Shown piece after piece: positions 37,501-52,500 of a stretch of 64,000 nucleotides of DNA. The notes under the pieces were generated by a model that searched no databases, was not told where the DNA came from, and saw nothing but the letters and a program-made list of their open reading frames with translations. The DNA is from Podarcis liolepis. Lineage: Eukaryota. Within the stretch, counting starts at the first letter, position 1. Every line of letters begins with the position of its first letter. The position numbers and the translations under genes are program-made. The stretch lies in NCBI GenBank assembly GCA_965112155.1, contig OZ218104.1, one strand, 5' to 3'.

Positions 37501-40500
37501 CTCTTAGGTGAAACCTTTTTTGTTAGATGAGAATGGATTCACTGGTGTATTCTGAAGCTGAGGGACCTTGTGATGGGTGGTGTAGGGCTGCCCTGGATAT
37601 GTCCTGATTGACTGCATGCTCTGCAAAAGTTCCTGGGTTCAGCCCCTAGTGTCTCCTGTTAAAGGATTTGGATGGCAGGGCTGGGATAGGCCTCTTTTTG
37701 AAACCATGGAAAGCTGATGCAGTCTGAATGTAGTCAAGATGGAGGGTGGAGAGCCAGTGTGGTGGAGTGGTTCAGGTGAGGGCTGGGAACACTCAGCTGT
37801 GAATCTCATGGGCTCACACGGGGCTAGGCACTGCATTATGCCTAAACAAAAATCAGAATGTGAGGAGTGTGTGGGGCCATGCTCACCATCCCTGTCTCCT
37901 GTCAACTCCTAACATGCTGACCCTACATTGAGTGGGAAGGTTTCAAGGGTAGTTGTAAGCCTCCTTGCAATTGTCAGCCCTGGTAAAGCAATGTTACTGA
38001 ACATGGAGGGCCCTGAGACCTGTGGGTATAGAGCGGTATATAAATGTTAATAATAATGTGCAAAGCCGTTTCATGTACGGGGAAAGCTGATCCGTGTGCT
38101 TGGATTGAAAATTGTAATGCCTGAATAGAGCTAGAACAGGCATAGGCAAACTTGGCCCTCCAGATGTTTTGAGACTACAGTTCCCATCATCCCTGAGCAC
38201 TGGTCCTGTTAGCTAGGGATGATGGGAGTTGTAATCCCAAAACATCTGGAGGGCCGAGTTTGCCTACGCCTGGGCTAGAATGTAAGCCTAACTGATCTCA
38301 AGGTTTGTTTGGATTTTAGAGCCAGGTAGGTGAATCACCTTTGCTGCACTGTGTGAGAATGTGATAAGAAGTCATAAATAGCATGTGCATTGGGTGAAGA
38401 AGGTATTAGGTTCAATCACTGGAATCTCCTGCTTAAAAAGGATTTTGGAGAAATATACTGAGCTAGATTTTCCAGTGGTTGGGTTCAGTGTAAAGCATTT
38501 TTATAGTGGTTGGAGGACAGAATAATTCTTTTGTTTTCTCCTGTGTAATAGTAATAATTAGGTCCTTTTTATTTGGTGGAGAAAAGCTCTGTTTTAAGCT
38601 TTTTAGCATTAATAAAATATGTCTTTCTCTAGGTATCTGAAATGGCCGTCTCAGAGTTGCCTGGTAACCCCAATGCTGTATGGACAGTGAGGAGGCATGT
38701 TGAAGGTAGGAAGTCTTCTGTGATGCAAATACAGCGGTAAATGGCACATTGAGTTTCATTGTTCATCTACAAGTCACCTTTCTTGGTTCAGCTGTCTTTG
38801 CCTGGAGAGCATCTACCCGCCTCAGGATTATGACTTTCATTCTTAAACTGGAGTAAGCACAAATGTTGTGTGAAAATTGCACATACCAACTCGGAGAGAA
38901 AGTCTGCCTGTTTGTAGGTTTTTAGGAGCCCCTCCCTGCTGAGAACAGGAGCACTGACAGTGCTGTTGCCCCTCTTGCTATGGATGTAGTGCATTCTGTT
39001 CAGTGCTCTCTTGGCAGTGTTGCCTTTGAAGCTCACTGTTGTGGCCTTTCTTGGTGTCTCGTACTATATTATCATGATCATTACCACTCATGGTGTTCCT
39101 TCAGCCCCCACCCCCGCCTTTCACTGGAATTGTCTTTGCCATACAGCCTTTGGTATCTTATGTGCTACTACACCTTCTGTGTGTTCCTGGAATCTCTGCT
39201 GGGGCAATGAACCTGGGCGGCTGTCCTGGGGTGTATTATTGCAATAGAACCTGACCTGTCTGTGGAAGAAGAAGAGGCCTTAATGCACAATCCTAGGCTT
39301 ATGGCGGTAACATGATTGTTTCGCTCAAAAGCTCCATGGACAGCACAATTATGACTCTTCATACTACATCATTTGCTTAATCATGAAAGAGTATTGTGCT
39401 TTTTTGGAATTAGGGGAAGTTGTAATGCCCTTCCCTGAAGGCATGTCTGAGAAATAACCAGGTACCCCTCCTGACTTGCATTTGCCATTTGCTGAAGGCC
39501 CTTGCTCCTCATGTGTATGTGTGTGTGTGTGTGTGTGTTTGTTGTTGTTTTTCTTCATATATTAATCTGTCCTCTGTGATGGAGTCAAAAGTGTGTATGG
39601 TCTTCAGACAGGACATCTGTGCTGTTCTCAGCTGTCTAGCTAGCACAGAACTTTGGAAAGCCAGGACCTGTTTTGATCAGCCTTTCTATATTTTCAGCAG
39701 TTCAAGATTTGCTCTGAAAATGCTTTCCTGACCTGCAAGGGTTGCTTGTCATTCACATGGCTGGTGGTCAGGAAAAAAAATGCCCCTGTGAGACTTTTCC
39801 CAGACAGCAGCTGGTTTTTCATGGAGTGGAATTTAGAATCTCAGAGTTGGAAGGGACCCAAGGGCCATCTAGTCTATCCCCCTGCAATGTAGGAATCTCA
39901 GCTAAAGCATCCATGACAGATGGCCATCCAACTTGTTCCATGTGTGAAAATAAATTTATTATATGTGGACTTCAGTGCCTCATAAATGTTTGGGTGACCC
40001 AAGTGAGTCCCAGCTCTCACGTTACAGTGTGATTGAGTAGAATACATTGGTCAGGAGGACAGCTTTACTGGTTCAGTTTTGCATCATGCACAAGGTTGTT
40101 TGATGCACTTAGTATTTATTAATGGCTCCCTCTAACCAGGTGTGTGCCAGTTTTCGCCATGTAATGTGTTAATGCAATGGCTTGGTGTCCAAAAAATGCT
40201 AAGCCATGGTTTCTTAAACCATGGTTGGGTTGTACCCTGCCCAGTGGCTTAACTATGGTTTGTTTACTGCCAACAAACCACAATTTGAAGCCGTGGGTTC
40301 TTGTTGGCTTTGGAACCTTGTTTAGCTTTTAATTACGGCTTGCTATTATGTATGAATCCACCACATTTCCTCAATCACTATTTCTTTGGCCATCTCACCA
40401 CCTCCTCACAAAGCTACCAAGCTACAAAGACATGTGGCAAGATCAGCTTGAAAAGAAACCAAACTTGGGAAAAGAAAGTCATGGTTTGTTTTATTATCTG

Positions 40501-43500
40501 TGGTACAACTTGTGCCATATACATGGTCAAACAAACAATGACTTCACTTTGTGTGCAAACCAGGCCAGTAGTACAAAACTGACTTGGTCATAATGTGGTA
40601 ATCCTGCCTGTGTCTGGCTTGTGCTTCTGAAGTTCTGCATTCTCTCACGTTACATGTGTTCCATATGAACCCCTTCCAAGCAAAAACTAACCTTGGCTGG
40701 TATGTGGTCCCTGCTACTACCAATACCAAGCCTTCTTTTTTCTTCCACAGGTGGCTGGTGGTGGAGGTGCTGATCCCCTCCCACAGGTGTGTACCTACAG
40801 CCAAGGGCTGTAACTGGAGGGGGGAGGAAGAGGCACAACTTTGAGGCTCTTTTTAAATTACTTTTCTTGCAAACACCTCTGTCAACAAACTATGTAAGAA
40901 GTCAGTATTCAAGTACCACCTGAGTCCTCAGCCCTCTCCTGAGCTTCTGGGATAAGAACTGGCTTTTACTGTCCAATTGCTTTCCACATCCTTGGGGCCT
41001 TTCACAAGATAAAGTTAAGCTTCACATGCCTGTAACTAAGGAACTGCCATCTGTTCTTGCCCACTGGTCCTGGGCATTCCAGTATTTTAATGGGGGTGGT
41101 GAGACCAAGTTCACGTTTAGAGATGTTAAAGTCTAGATATTCATTATACCATATCCTTCTACACCCCAGAGTTCTGGGTTTAGTGACTGTTGTTCCTTAC
41201 CAGAGTTCCCACTCTGGGTACAAAATGAACAATACAGGCAGCTGTCTCTGATGCACTGTTGACATATGATGGACATTGTCTGCTCACTCACCCTGTTGGC
41301 CTCACCTTGCTCTGTGCTGAGAAGGAGAAAAGAGGTCTGCTTGCCTGTCTTGATTCCTCTGTGGCTTGACTTGTTTCCCCTGCCTTTCACAGGAAGTTGG
41401 TGTGGTGTTACCATTTCACTGCTGCTCACAGAATGACTTACAAGACAATTTAAATACAGCAGTTTATGCAGCAGTTAAAATCCATGTGCAAAGTTAAGAG
41501 GCATGAGATCGCGGGCATAATCGGCAACTTTTAAACAGTGATCTTCAAGTACTGCTGTGATCACTCTCTCCCTTACTCAAAACTTTGCTGATGCTGTCTT
41601 TTATGGAGCATCCAGACACTGGGCATAAGTTTCATTGAATTTTTCCAAGAGAGTTTGGGCTAGGAAAGCCATGTATGCACTTTATTAGATCTAACACATT
41701 ACTTCTGCAACAACAAGAAAGGAATCTCAACAAAGAATAATGTATGTGAATGAATTCCCAGTGCTAATGATACTGTTAACAATCTAGTCCATGATGAACC
41801 TCGGACACTATGATTTTCCATATAATTGATTTGTTTTTTGTGTTTAAAAGGGGTAAATTGAATTGTGTAGATAAAAAGAGTGGGGGAAGCACATGAGGGA
41901 TGAAGCTTCATGGGAACCCTGATAGTTGTCCAGGAGTGCCCCCGCCCCCCAAAGCTAGTTCTGGCAGCTGTTGGGTGCCAGCAGACTGAGGACAGTGGGG
42001 GTGCTTTGTGAATAAGGAAGCCTTGCTGCCTGTGTTGCTGAACCCTGTGCATCCATTACAGTCAAATCCAGCTTATGACGTGGGTGAATCTGAACACCTG
42101 AGTGTCTCGATCTGGAACTGTGTTAGGAGTCTGTGGAGGACTTGGGTGGCGGTTTTAGGTTTTATTGTGACAGAGTGGAGCACATGTCATGGACTTCTGC
42201 ACTGAGGTGGGAGTGAGTTCCACTCAGGTCAGCAAGTAAAAGTGTGAATGGCTTTGCTTTTGCCAGCCTTAGGGCCCTCTCATCTGTTTTGAACTATCAG
42301 CTTTCCCCAGCACAGCTGATGGGAGCTGCAACCCAAAACAGCTGGATGGACACCAGTTTGGTGAAGGCTATACAGTAAGCCTGAAATTTATGCGGGGGGG
42401 GGGGGTGTTTACGTTCTGGGGATAGCACCGAAAGTCAAAATCACATATAGTCAAAACATGTTGGAGGATATTGTGAAAGTGTCACAGATGCCTGTCCCCC
42501 CTTTTAATTTATTTGCCAAGCACATAAAGCTGAATTCGCACAAATTAAATATATGTAAGTTACAAGTTTACTGTATCTAGTTTCTGACATTGAAGCTGAA
42601 CTAATTAGAGCCCTCCTATATGAGTTGCTCAGTTGCTTGTTCCTTTGCCTGCTGCCTCCACAGGATTGGCTGTGAGCTTGGTGGGCCTGTCCACTGTTGG
42701 TATTTAACTCTTTAGAATGGCTGTTTTCCATATCTGAGTTCTTTGAAGCTGGTGGTCTACAGATGAAAAGAAATATACAGCCTAAGATCCTGATTTGTGT
42801 GCTGCCCCTGTAAAAGGCCAAGCTGGAGAGTGCTTAACGTGGAATGCAGCTACACAAGCATAGGTGACAGGAACACGGAATCAGCTTTGTATCCATTCAG
42901 ACCATTGGGCCATTGGCTCAGTATTCTCTACCCTAACTGGCCGTGTCCCTGCAGGGCTTTCTTTTGGGGGGTATTTGCAGCGCTACTGGGGATTGCACCA
43001 GCAGGGGAAATGTTTTCTGCTATAGTGGTAATTTCTAAATGGTTTCATTGGCAGAGTGAATGTGAGGAAACTGAACAGCGAAGTGTCTGTTAAAATGTTA
43101 CATATTTATTTGTTTATTATTAAATTGGTTGGTCACTTTATATTTCCCAAGGCAACCCAAAGCGACTTACAGCCAATTACAATTCATATTAACATATCTA
43201 TGTATTGTCTAAATCCTGTGTAATCTCCGGCACTATATTTAAAACCTGTGAATAAGCTATTTTGTTTCTATGGATAGAAGACAACTGGAAAGTGTTCATG
43301 TACCCATTTCCAAGCTGAGTGGACACTATGTTAGTTAACATTACAGTCTCTTCTTCAGCTCCACTTTTTTTTTTTACTTCAGTTGAATCCATGTTGCCCC
43401 CCTGGTATCTCCATCCTTGGCAGTATTGCTGTTTAATTCTTCCTTTTTGCCCCCATTCATTTCCATAAAACTGCAGCCAAATTCTTTCCCTTCTGCCCCT

Positions 43501-46500
43501 TGAACAAGAAATCCCCTTTTTGCTGGTAACTAAACCGGACTTGCTACTTAGCATCTATTGTGGAAGCCTGAACTCTAGGGAGGACAACTGCTTGACCTGG
43601 AGCTCCTGTAGGGCTCCATTGTGGGAAGATGCAAAGAGAAGAGCATCTTGATGCAGAAGTGTGGATCTTGCCACCATGGGCAAATCTCTTTCTAGTGGCT
43701 TCTAATCTTGCATTTTGATGGTTCAATGCAATTTATACCCGTGAAGCCATAGAAGTTTCTCTAGCTCTGCAAAAGCCTGCTCTGACTCTGATTCCTTGAT
43801 CTGGTGCTTAATAGTTCAGTGGCATTCTGGTTTTTTTTCCCTTTCTGGAATGTGGAAAGAAGGTGTGTGGATTCTTACTATTAACTTCTGGTGGAAAGAT
43901 CTAAAATCTGTGAGAGGTTGCTAACCATTTGTTCTCTGAGCTTCCATCTGCTTCATTAGTTCATTGTTTTCGTAATAGTGTTTTGTTATCCCTCCTGCCA
44001 ACTCCCATCATTTTTTTAAAAAGAACTAAATTAGCTGCATCTCATATGTTTTAGTTAAGTTACATTGTCTGGGTTGGTGTATTTTTATTAACCTGTGGGA
44101 TTTATTTTGATCTACATCACAATTTTTGTTTGACAGATACACTGTTTATGTGTGTGATTTAGAGAGAGCAAATGAGAATAAAGTGTTCTGTTGGCTGCAG
44201 GAATAAACATCTTGTCTGATCATTTTCTTGTGGTTAGGAGGAGAGCAAGAAATTGTTTTCACTCCAGTTGTATTCTGACCCAGATGTGATTACAATATAA
44301 ATGGGGGGGGGGGGAGAGGCTCTCAAAGAAGGTCCACACTTCTTGCTGTAGCTTCCTTGTGCTTTGAGTATTCTTCTCCTTTTACCACAGTCCAAGTGTC
44401 TGAAGGCCATGCTGCCCCCTTGTCATGAACTTGTGTGTGATGGTGAAGATGGAAATAACTGTAGTAGCCTTTGTGAAGAGTTCCTGTTGTCCATATCTGT
44501 TCTACAAACCTCTTTCTTGACCTTCTAAATATTGGCACCCGTCTTCTTTCTTCTGTAATTAGATGAATTTGATGCCTATATCATTGTGTCCTTCGTCAAT
44601 GCCACCCTGGTACTGTCTATCGGAGAAACTGTAGAGGAGGTTACAGACTCGGGATTCCTTGGTACTACGCCCACCTTGTCTTGCTCATTGTTGGGAGATG
44701 ATGCTTTGGTGCAGGTAAGGGGCCTTTTACCTCTTAGTGTTCTGCTTGCCTTTTGCAGCCAGGCCCGTTGGCCTTCTCGAGAGATGCAAGGAGAGAGGGT
44801 TTGGTTGTGGTGCTCTCCTGGCATGGATGGGGTGGTGGTAGCTAATTTAATAGTTGTGACTGCAAACTGGCTAGAGGATAAGGTCACCTTTAAGGTTGGG
44901 AAAGGGTTGTTTCAAGAGCCTTTCAAAGTAAGATTCCCTTGGTGTTCCGCTCTTACTAAAAACGTTTAGTCTTCTACTGCATTATTTTAACTGGTTGCAT
45001 AGACTAATATTCCCTGTGATTTTTGTTTTGTTTTTAAAGGTAGATAGGAGCTTGTGGAATCTTGATCATTTACCTTGGTGGCACTTTTCAAGTTGCTGTT
45101 TGTTGACTTTGCCCTCTCTCAGCTAGATATAATGAGAGCACTTGATGGTGAACAGCAGAAATTAGTTGTGTGAATGAGATAAAGATTATAGATCACTTTG
45201 CAAACTAAAAAGCTGTATAGGTAGGCATGGAAATCTTGCCACGTACTTGTGGCAAATGGGTTACAGATGAGTAAGCTTTTGTAAACCAGATAAGAGGTGC
45301 TGGTGCTTCTGCTTCCCTTGTTGACCTCTGGTGTGTCCAAATGACAGTAAAAAACTGTATGTGAGCAAGCAGTTTAGGAAAAAAATTTAAAAGGCTAGGC
45401 TGATAACTTCTGTGAACTGACTTGCAAGGCTAACCTAATAATGGAAAGAACAGCAAAGGCACTTCCTGTCAGGTGGACTGACTCAGCATCTTATTTCTGT
45501 ATTTGTTTAGGTTTATCCTGATGGCATCCGGCACATCAGAGCAGATAAAAGAGTTAATGAGTGGAAAACACCAGGGAAGAAAACCATCGTCAAATGTGCT
45601 GTGAATCAGAGACAAGTGGTGATCGCATTGACAGGGGGAGAGCTGGTCTACTTTGAGATGGACCCGGTACGTGAACTTAGCTGGAGGGAGATGTGACTTT
45701 CATGAGGGTTTGCAGACTAGGCTTGCAGTGGAAACAAATGAGAACTGCATCACAGCATTATTGAGCTCCTTATGTTGCTTTCCTTCATTTCAGGGGTTCT
45801 TGTGCAGGATAACATTCAGGTGATTTGTGCCATTTGGGTGGGTGTTCGGGGGTTGCTTTGGTGGGCCATTGCAGAGACTGGCATATTTTTTAAGACCAGC
45901 TTATCTCTGATAAACTTGGTGTTCTTCAAAGTGCTCCAGGCTTCAAGCAAGCAAGGTCACCTGTCATCATACATGGTTCAAAGAATTTACTTCACAGCTC
46001 TTGATCTGAAACGAGTCTGGTTCTGCTAATCCAGGTGTGACTTCCTTCCTCCATTGTGCCTTTTTTCCACACCAGTCAGGACAGCTGAATGAATACACAG
46101 AGAGGAAGGAGATGTCTGCTGACGTGGTGTGCATGAGCTTGGCCAATGTTCCCCCAGGAGAGCAGCGCTCCCGGTTCCTTGCTGTTGGGCTGGTGGACAA
46201 CACTGTGCGCATCATTTCCCTTGACCCCTCTGTAAGTGCTTCCTGAAAGTCGCTTGCCTGTAGCTAAGCCTTTGCTGACCCGAATTAAAGTATTGTAACC
46301 AAAACTACACCCCCCCAATAAAAACTGAGTGAGAGGAAGTTCCGGGGTGGTTAGCAGGGCTTTCCTTTCTTTGGATGTGAGAATGCACTAGACTGACTTT
46401 GGTTTGTTTCCTAATATGAAAGGAGAGCATATTGGAAGCAAGCAGACTCATAAAGTGGGCAATACAACTGCTGGAGCTTTGTCAGAAACCCAAAGGGATG

Positions 46501-49500
46501 GCTTACTCCTCCAGTCCCCCAATATGTCTTCCAGTTTTAGCTGACTCCAGCTGAACTCTAGCATGCTCTTTTCCCAACCCAAACTGCAGTTGCTTTCTCT
46601 CCCCTCCCCCCCTTTTTTTTGATACCCCTGCCTCTTAATTTGAAGGTTCAGGCATTCCAAAGGGCTTGATGCCAATAAGGAGCATCCAAGCCTCTGGTCA
46701 TGCATCAGTGGCCATATAATAGGTCAATTCACAATAATCAAGGTGTATGTTGTACACGAGCTTTCTCCAACCTGGTGACTTTTCAGATGGTTTGGACTAC
46801 AACTCACCCCAGCCTTAGCCAGTTTGGCTGAGGATTATGGGAGTTGTATTCCAAACTTTTGGAAGATACTGGGTTGCCTAAAAGAAGGCCAGAGCTAAAA
46901 ATGATTCTTCAAAGACTTCCTCAGATGAAATGAATCTTCCCACAGATTGCTCCAAATGGAGAAACACTTTGAGCTGGTTGGCATAATCAACATTGCCATG
47001 TGCTTCTTCAGTCTATCTCTTCAGACTGCAGGGGGATGTAGTTGAATGCTACATAGAAAATTGGCAGGTCAGCCTAGTCTTCTCCTTCAAATGTGCCAGG
47101 CAATTTTGTACAAAGGAGAATCTGGCCATTTACAGTTCCTCACCTGATGTCTAAATTGGTTCAGGGTAGCAACAAAGACCTTATGTGTTATGCTTTGCTC
47201 TTTCTCTCTGCTTTAGTAATGGTGTCTTCCTTCTCCATCCCTTAGGACTGTCTTCAGCCGCTGAGTATGCAAGCTCTCCCTGCCCAGCCAGAATCACTGT
47301 GCATTGTGGAAATGGGTGGAGCTGAGAAGCAGGATGAACTGGGAGAGCGGGGCTCGATTGGCTTCTTGTACCTGAACATTGGCTTGCAGGTGAGCAGTTA
47401 CCGCCCAGAACCTTTGCTAGATCCTTGATTGGACCAGGTCTTGCTGCATTTGACTGGACTGTGTGAGAAGCCATGCTCTTGAGTTTGTACAACTGTATAG
47501 AGACCCATTCCGCACACCCTCCCAGAAGGCCTGCCAGAAGGGAACACTGCATCCCTCCTGTCACCTTCTTCACTCTTCCAGAGCTCCCGAGGAATGGAGC
47601 CCTCTCCCGCTTGATTAAGGCAGACTCTAATCCCATTGTGAAGGATACCTTCTGTCTGTCAGGGAGGAGGATGGAAGTGTTAAAGCTCATCTTCCAGCGG
47701 GTCAGGGGTCTTTGTATTTAGGTGGGAAGTGGGAGTAGCCTACACTTTAAGCTGTTTCACAAAAAAGCCTTTTCTTAGTTTGTTAAAGGAGGAAACAGCA
47801 GCTTTGTAGCAGTGTTGTGCTTAATTTTGTACATGCCAGAGAGAACCTGGAAATAGTAAGACTTCTGAAGTCAGGAGCTAAAGATACATTGGTATTCCGA
47901 GTTAATCTGGTGCCTCTTTTTCTCTCTGCCTGCCCTTGTCCCTCTCCCCACACCTTGCTTTGCTCATCTGCCCTTGTAACCCAGAACGGTGTGCTTCTCC
48001 GAACTGTCCTTGATCCAGTTACTGGTGACCTCTCTGACACAAGGACCAGGTATCTGGGCTCGCGCCCTGTGAAGCTCTTCCGAGTCCGGATGCAAGGCCA
48101 AGAAGCGGTGAGTGAGCGGGGAATCAGAGGAGTGCACTCATGAAAAGCTGGAGGGGGAGGAGCAAAAACTTCAGGAGGACTGTGAATCTGGTGACTAAGA
48201 TCTTTTAGAAATTTGGGGTGGGATGAGTTCACAACTAAATTCCTTGTTTACTGTCTGGTACAGAGGGAAAATACATGCTATTGGATGGGGGTGTGAGTGA
48301 GGGAGCAAACAAGAGTGTTGAGGAGGCCAGGGGAAAGGAAATATCTTGGCCTGCTTCTGGATCCTGCTTATTTTAGCTGCTTGTGGGAAAGGGAGGGGGC
48401 CATTAAAGAAGTACTCAATGTCCTTTGTTTGCCTGGCTCTTGCTGCTGTAGTCATTGCACCTGATTTACAGAGTGCAAGGTGTTTTTGAAAGTTGGTGAT
48501 AAAGTAGCCAGGCTTGTGGCCTTCAGAATCATATTATTGTAGAGCTGGAAGGGACCCTGGGGGTCATCTAGTCCAACACCATACAATGCAGGAATCTCAA
48601 TTTGGCCCCCTCACAACTTCTCTTATGCTGCTGGCTTGGGGACTCCTAGAGCCTGTAATTAGTTCTGCCAACAGAGCCTTTGATTGTGGACTGCTAGGAG
48701 GAGAAGGCAGCCAGCTTGGTTCCCAGAGGTGTGAACTGCTCTGTCCCATTTGCTGTTCTCTCCCTGAGTTTTCTCTCTCTTCTTTTCCTCCTGCTCCAGG
48801 TGCTGGCCATGTCAAGCCGTTCTTGGCTGAGTTACTCCTATCAATCCCGCTTCCACTTAACACCCCTCTCATATGAAACGTTGGAGTTTGCCTCTGGCTT
48901 TGCTTCAGAGCAGTGTCCAGAGGGCATAGTAGCCATCTCAACAAACACACTGAGGTTCGTATCAAAATGCCAGCAGTGGGAAAGGAAACAAATAATGGAA
49001 CCTGTTTGCCTTCTCTCTTGGCACACAGGACTATCTGTCTGTCTTGCTTGTCTGTCCCAAGCTCCTTCCTGTGCAAAGCAGGGGCAGCTGGTGCCCAAAA
49101 GGGTTGCCCTGAACGCTTCCTTTCTACATGACCTTTCATGGTAAGGTGGCTTACCCACTCTGCATTGAGTGGCTTGATCTGGCCTCCTTCCCAGTTGCTC
49201 AAGATGGGAAGGAGAGCTGTACATGGCAGCCACCCACCCACGGCAACCCACCTGAAACATGACTGGTTGTTGGGAGGAGATTATTCCTTGGTGGTAGCCA
49301 GTCTGTGGAGTGTTCACTTCAAAGGCTTCGCTACATTTTCACAAAGCATCAGGTGGTTCTGAAATAGCAGCCATGTTGGTTTTGTTGAAGGTCTGCTTGA
49401 TCTCTCTTCAGGGGCAGGAGGCAGCTGTTTATCCTGATCTTGAATACTAAAGGGGGTTGCCTGTTCATGCCACAGATGCTTGCCCAGCAGGGAGGCTCCA

Positions 49501-52500
49501 TTGTGTGGCTTGGATGTCCTTTTAGTTCCTTTAAGGTGGCTCACTGGGATAAGCTTAATGTCTGCAACTTTTTGGCTCCCACAGGATTTTGGCCCTGGAG
49601 AAGCTTGGAGCTGTCTTCAACCAGGTTGCCTTCCCGTTGCAGTACACTCCTAGGAAGTTTGTCATCCACCCTGAGAGCAACAACCTAATCATCATTGAGA
49701 CGGACCACAATGCTTATACTGAGGCCACTAAAGCCCAAAGGAAGCAGCAGATGGCGGAGGTAAGATGCCTGGCTTCTGCCTGGGGCCCAGCTCTCACCAA
49801 AGAAGGGCAGGGACAGGATTCTGTGAGCTGGAGCTTCTTTTGCTGCTGCTGTACTTGGTGGGGAAGTTGCCGCAACACAGTGCAGAGCAGTGACCTCTTT
49901 CCTTTCTAGAGAGGAGGCTAGTCTGCTTTTGTAACCCATGGAAAAGCTCACTTACTTTCTGCACCTCAGTTAGGAATGCCTAACCATCAAAATCACAAGA
50001 AGCAGTGATGGCCACCAACTTGGATGGCTTTAAAAGAGCATTAAACAAATTCATGGAGCAGTAGATTATCAGTTGCCTACTAACCATGATGACTATATTC
50101 TGTCTCCATTGCCAAAAGCAGCATGCCTCTAAATGCCAGTTGTTGGGAATGATTTAGGTCCTGCTTGGGCTTCCAAGAGGCATCTGCTTTGGCCACTGTG
50201 AGAACAGGATGCTGCAGTAGAGATAGGTCTTTGGTCTGAACTACCAGGCAGCTCTTACAGTCCTTTTTTTTGCCCCCTTGTGCATTGCAGGAAATGGTGG
50301 AAGCTGCAGGGGAAGATGAGAGGGAACTAGCTGCAGAGATGGCGGCCGCGTTTCTGAACGAGAACCTTCCCGAGTCCATCTTTGGTGCCCCAAAAGCAGG
50401 AAATGGACAATGGGCGTCTGTTGTCCGGGTGATGAACCCCATCCAAGGAAACACATTAGATCTAGTCCAGCTGGAGCAAAATGAAGCTGCCTTCAGGTAA
50501 GGAACAGTGTCTGCACCTCTGAAGCAAGTTACCATTTTGAATGCTGTCCTTTCTGCTAAATAATGAAAATTACTCTTTATACCGGGTCATACCTTGGTCA
50601 TACTTGAAGTACACCAGTCAAACCAAATATTTACTTATACTATTGTTGCCAGATGACTCTAGAATCTAATTAAATAAAGCAAAAATGCGGTCTACCTGAA
50701 GTTGTTTGGGGTCTTGGGGCCGATAGCAGTCATTTACCATGATCTTCTCAGTTGACAACGGCCCTAATTAAATCTCATTCAGTTTGCGTATTGCATTTCT
50801 ATACTGCCTTACCATAAGCAAATGATACAACATACCCTTCGCTGCTGCCTTTCCCCAAAGTGTTCTCTCTTGCTCTTCATTGCTGTGAAGCAACTACTTC
50901 TTTTGCCTTCCCAGTCTTCCCTTTGTCTTGTCAAGTAACATTATCGTTCTGGCTCTCTACAGTGTGGCAGTGTGCCGATTTGCCAATGGTGGTGACGACT
51001 GGCATGTTCTAGTGGGCGTAGCCAAGGACCTCATCCTGAACCCACGTTCTGTGGCTGGAGGCTTTGTCTACACCTATAAGTTGATAAACAGTGGGGAGAA
51101 GCTTGAGTTCCTGCACAAGGTGAGAATTTCCTCCACTAGTGGGCTGGAGGGGGAGGAATCTGGGAAGATGAACATGGATGGGGCTTGCCAAGAGGTTGCT
51201 AAAATGTACCGACTTTTTGGGATGGAAATCTCTTGGTTGGGAACAGAGGACCATCACTGTTAGTAAGTACTCCACAAATGGTTTTCCTTCTGTGCACAAA
51301 ACAGCAGCCATATCAAAAATCACATTGGATTTTGCATGTGTTTGCCATGCAAAATGTATGCACATTGCTTGCTGCCAGGGAAATTTGAGCAATTATAGTA
51401 ATGGTGTGACAGTTGCAGTTATCTAATGGACATTTGAAGCAAAACAAGCATAGACCTGTGAATGGGTCATTTATAGGTGATCTGACTTGAGCTTTTGCAG
51501 CACCTGATGGTGGTTGCTGAATACTTTGGCTTCTGTTGACATGGAGAAAGCCAACAATGTACAGAGCACTGCAAAAGTTGAATTCTTCCTCCTTGTTGAT
51601 ACCTAGCAGCCTGGACCTGTGTGGAGGCAGGTTCTTTTGTTGGGCAGGAACCGGACTAGGAGGCCCCTTCCTAGAGGCAGTTTGTCCTTGTGGGCTTGCA
51701 AAGTCCATCTCTTCCCCAGTGGATGCAGTGGGTACTTGATTCAAGTGGGCCCCCAAAGTCAGTGGTGGTGGATCCGCATCCTTTGCCAGGGCTGAAACTT
51801 GCCTATCCCTGCAGTGGCGGGACGTCATCTATGCAGTGAGGGTAATATTAATGATCTTTGTTTAGTCTGCTTGACAAAGGCTTCTTCTCTTTCATTTCCT
51901 TTCTGTTCAGACCCCAGTAGAGGAGGTACCAGCTGCTATTGCCCCCTTCCAAGGCAGAGTGCTCATTGGTGTGGGGAAACTCTTGCGGGTATATGACTTG
52001 GGCAAGAAGAAGCTGCTCCGGAAGTGTGAGAATAAGGTATTTAGAACGTTGTGTGTGTGTTTGTGTGTGCAGATCTCCTGGAAGCTGCATTTCCTAATGC
52101 AGATATACCCTATCACTTTTAACAAATTTGGTTGAAACCTTTGAACTTTTTTCAAGTTCCAGGGAAACATTCTCTTGCCCAGAGCTTTGGCTTCCTTTAG
52201 ATTGCTTAAGGGGCAAGTCTTCAGGGCTGTTTCTACCCTCTCTGTACCTTTCTTTCCCTTGGGAATAGAATTGAGACTCTGAGGCTCAAAGGTGTGGTCT
52301 TGTGTTTATGAAGCCATGGCCTGTGATTCACACAAGGTGATAGTTGAAAGTTTTGGATTTTTTTTTAGTCATTCCTGACACCAACTTTATAATGGTGTAG
52401 TGAACCGTCTGCACAAAAGGGCACAGAGCAGCCTGGACCCTCCAAATGTTTTGGACTACAACTCTCATCAGCTATTGCCAGTGTGGCCAATGGTCAAGGA

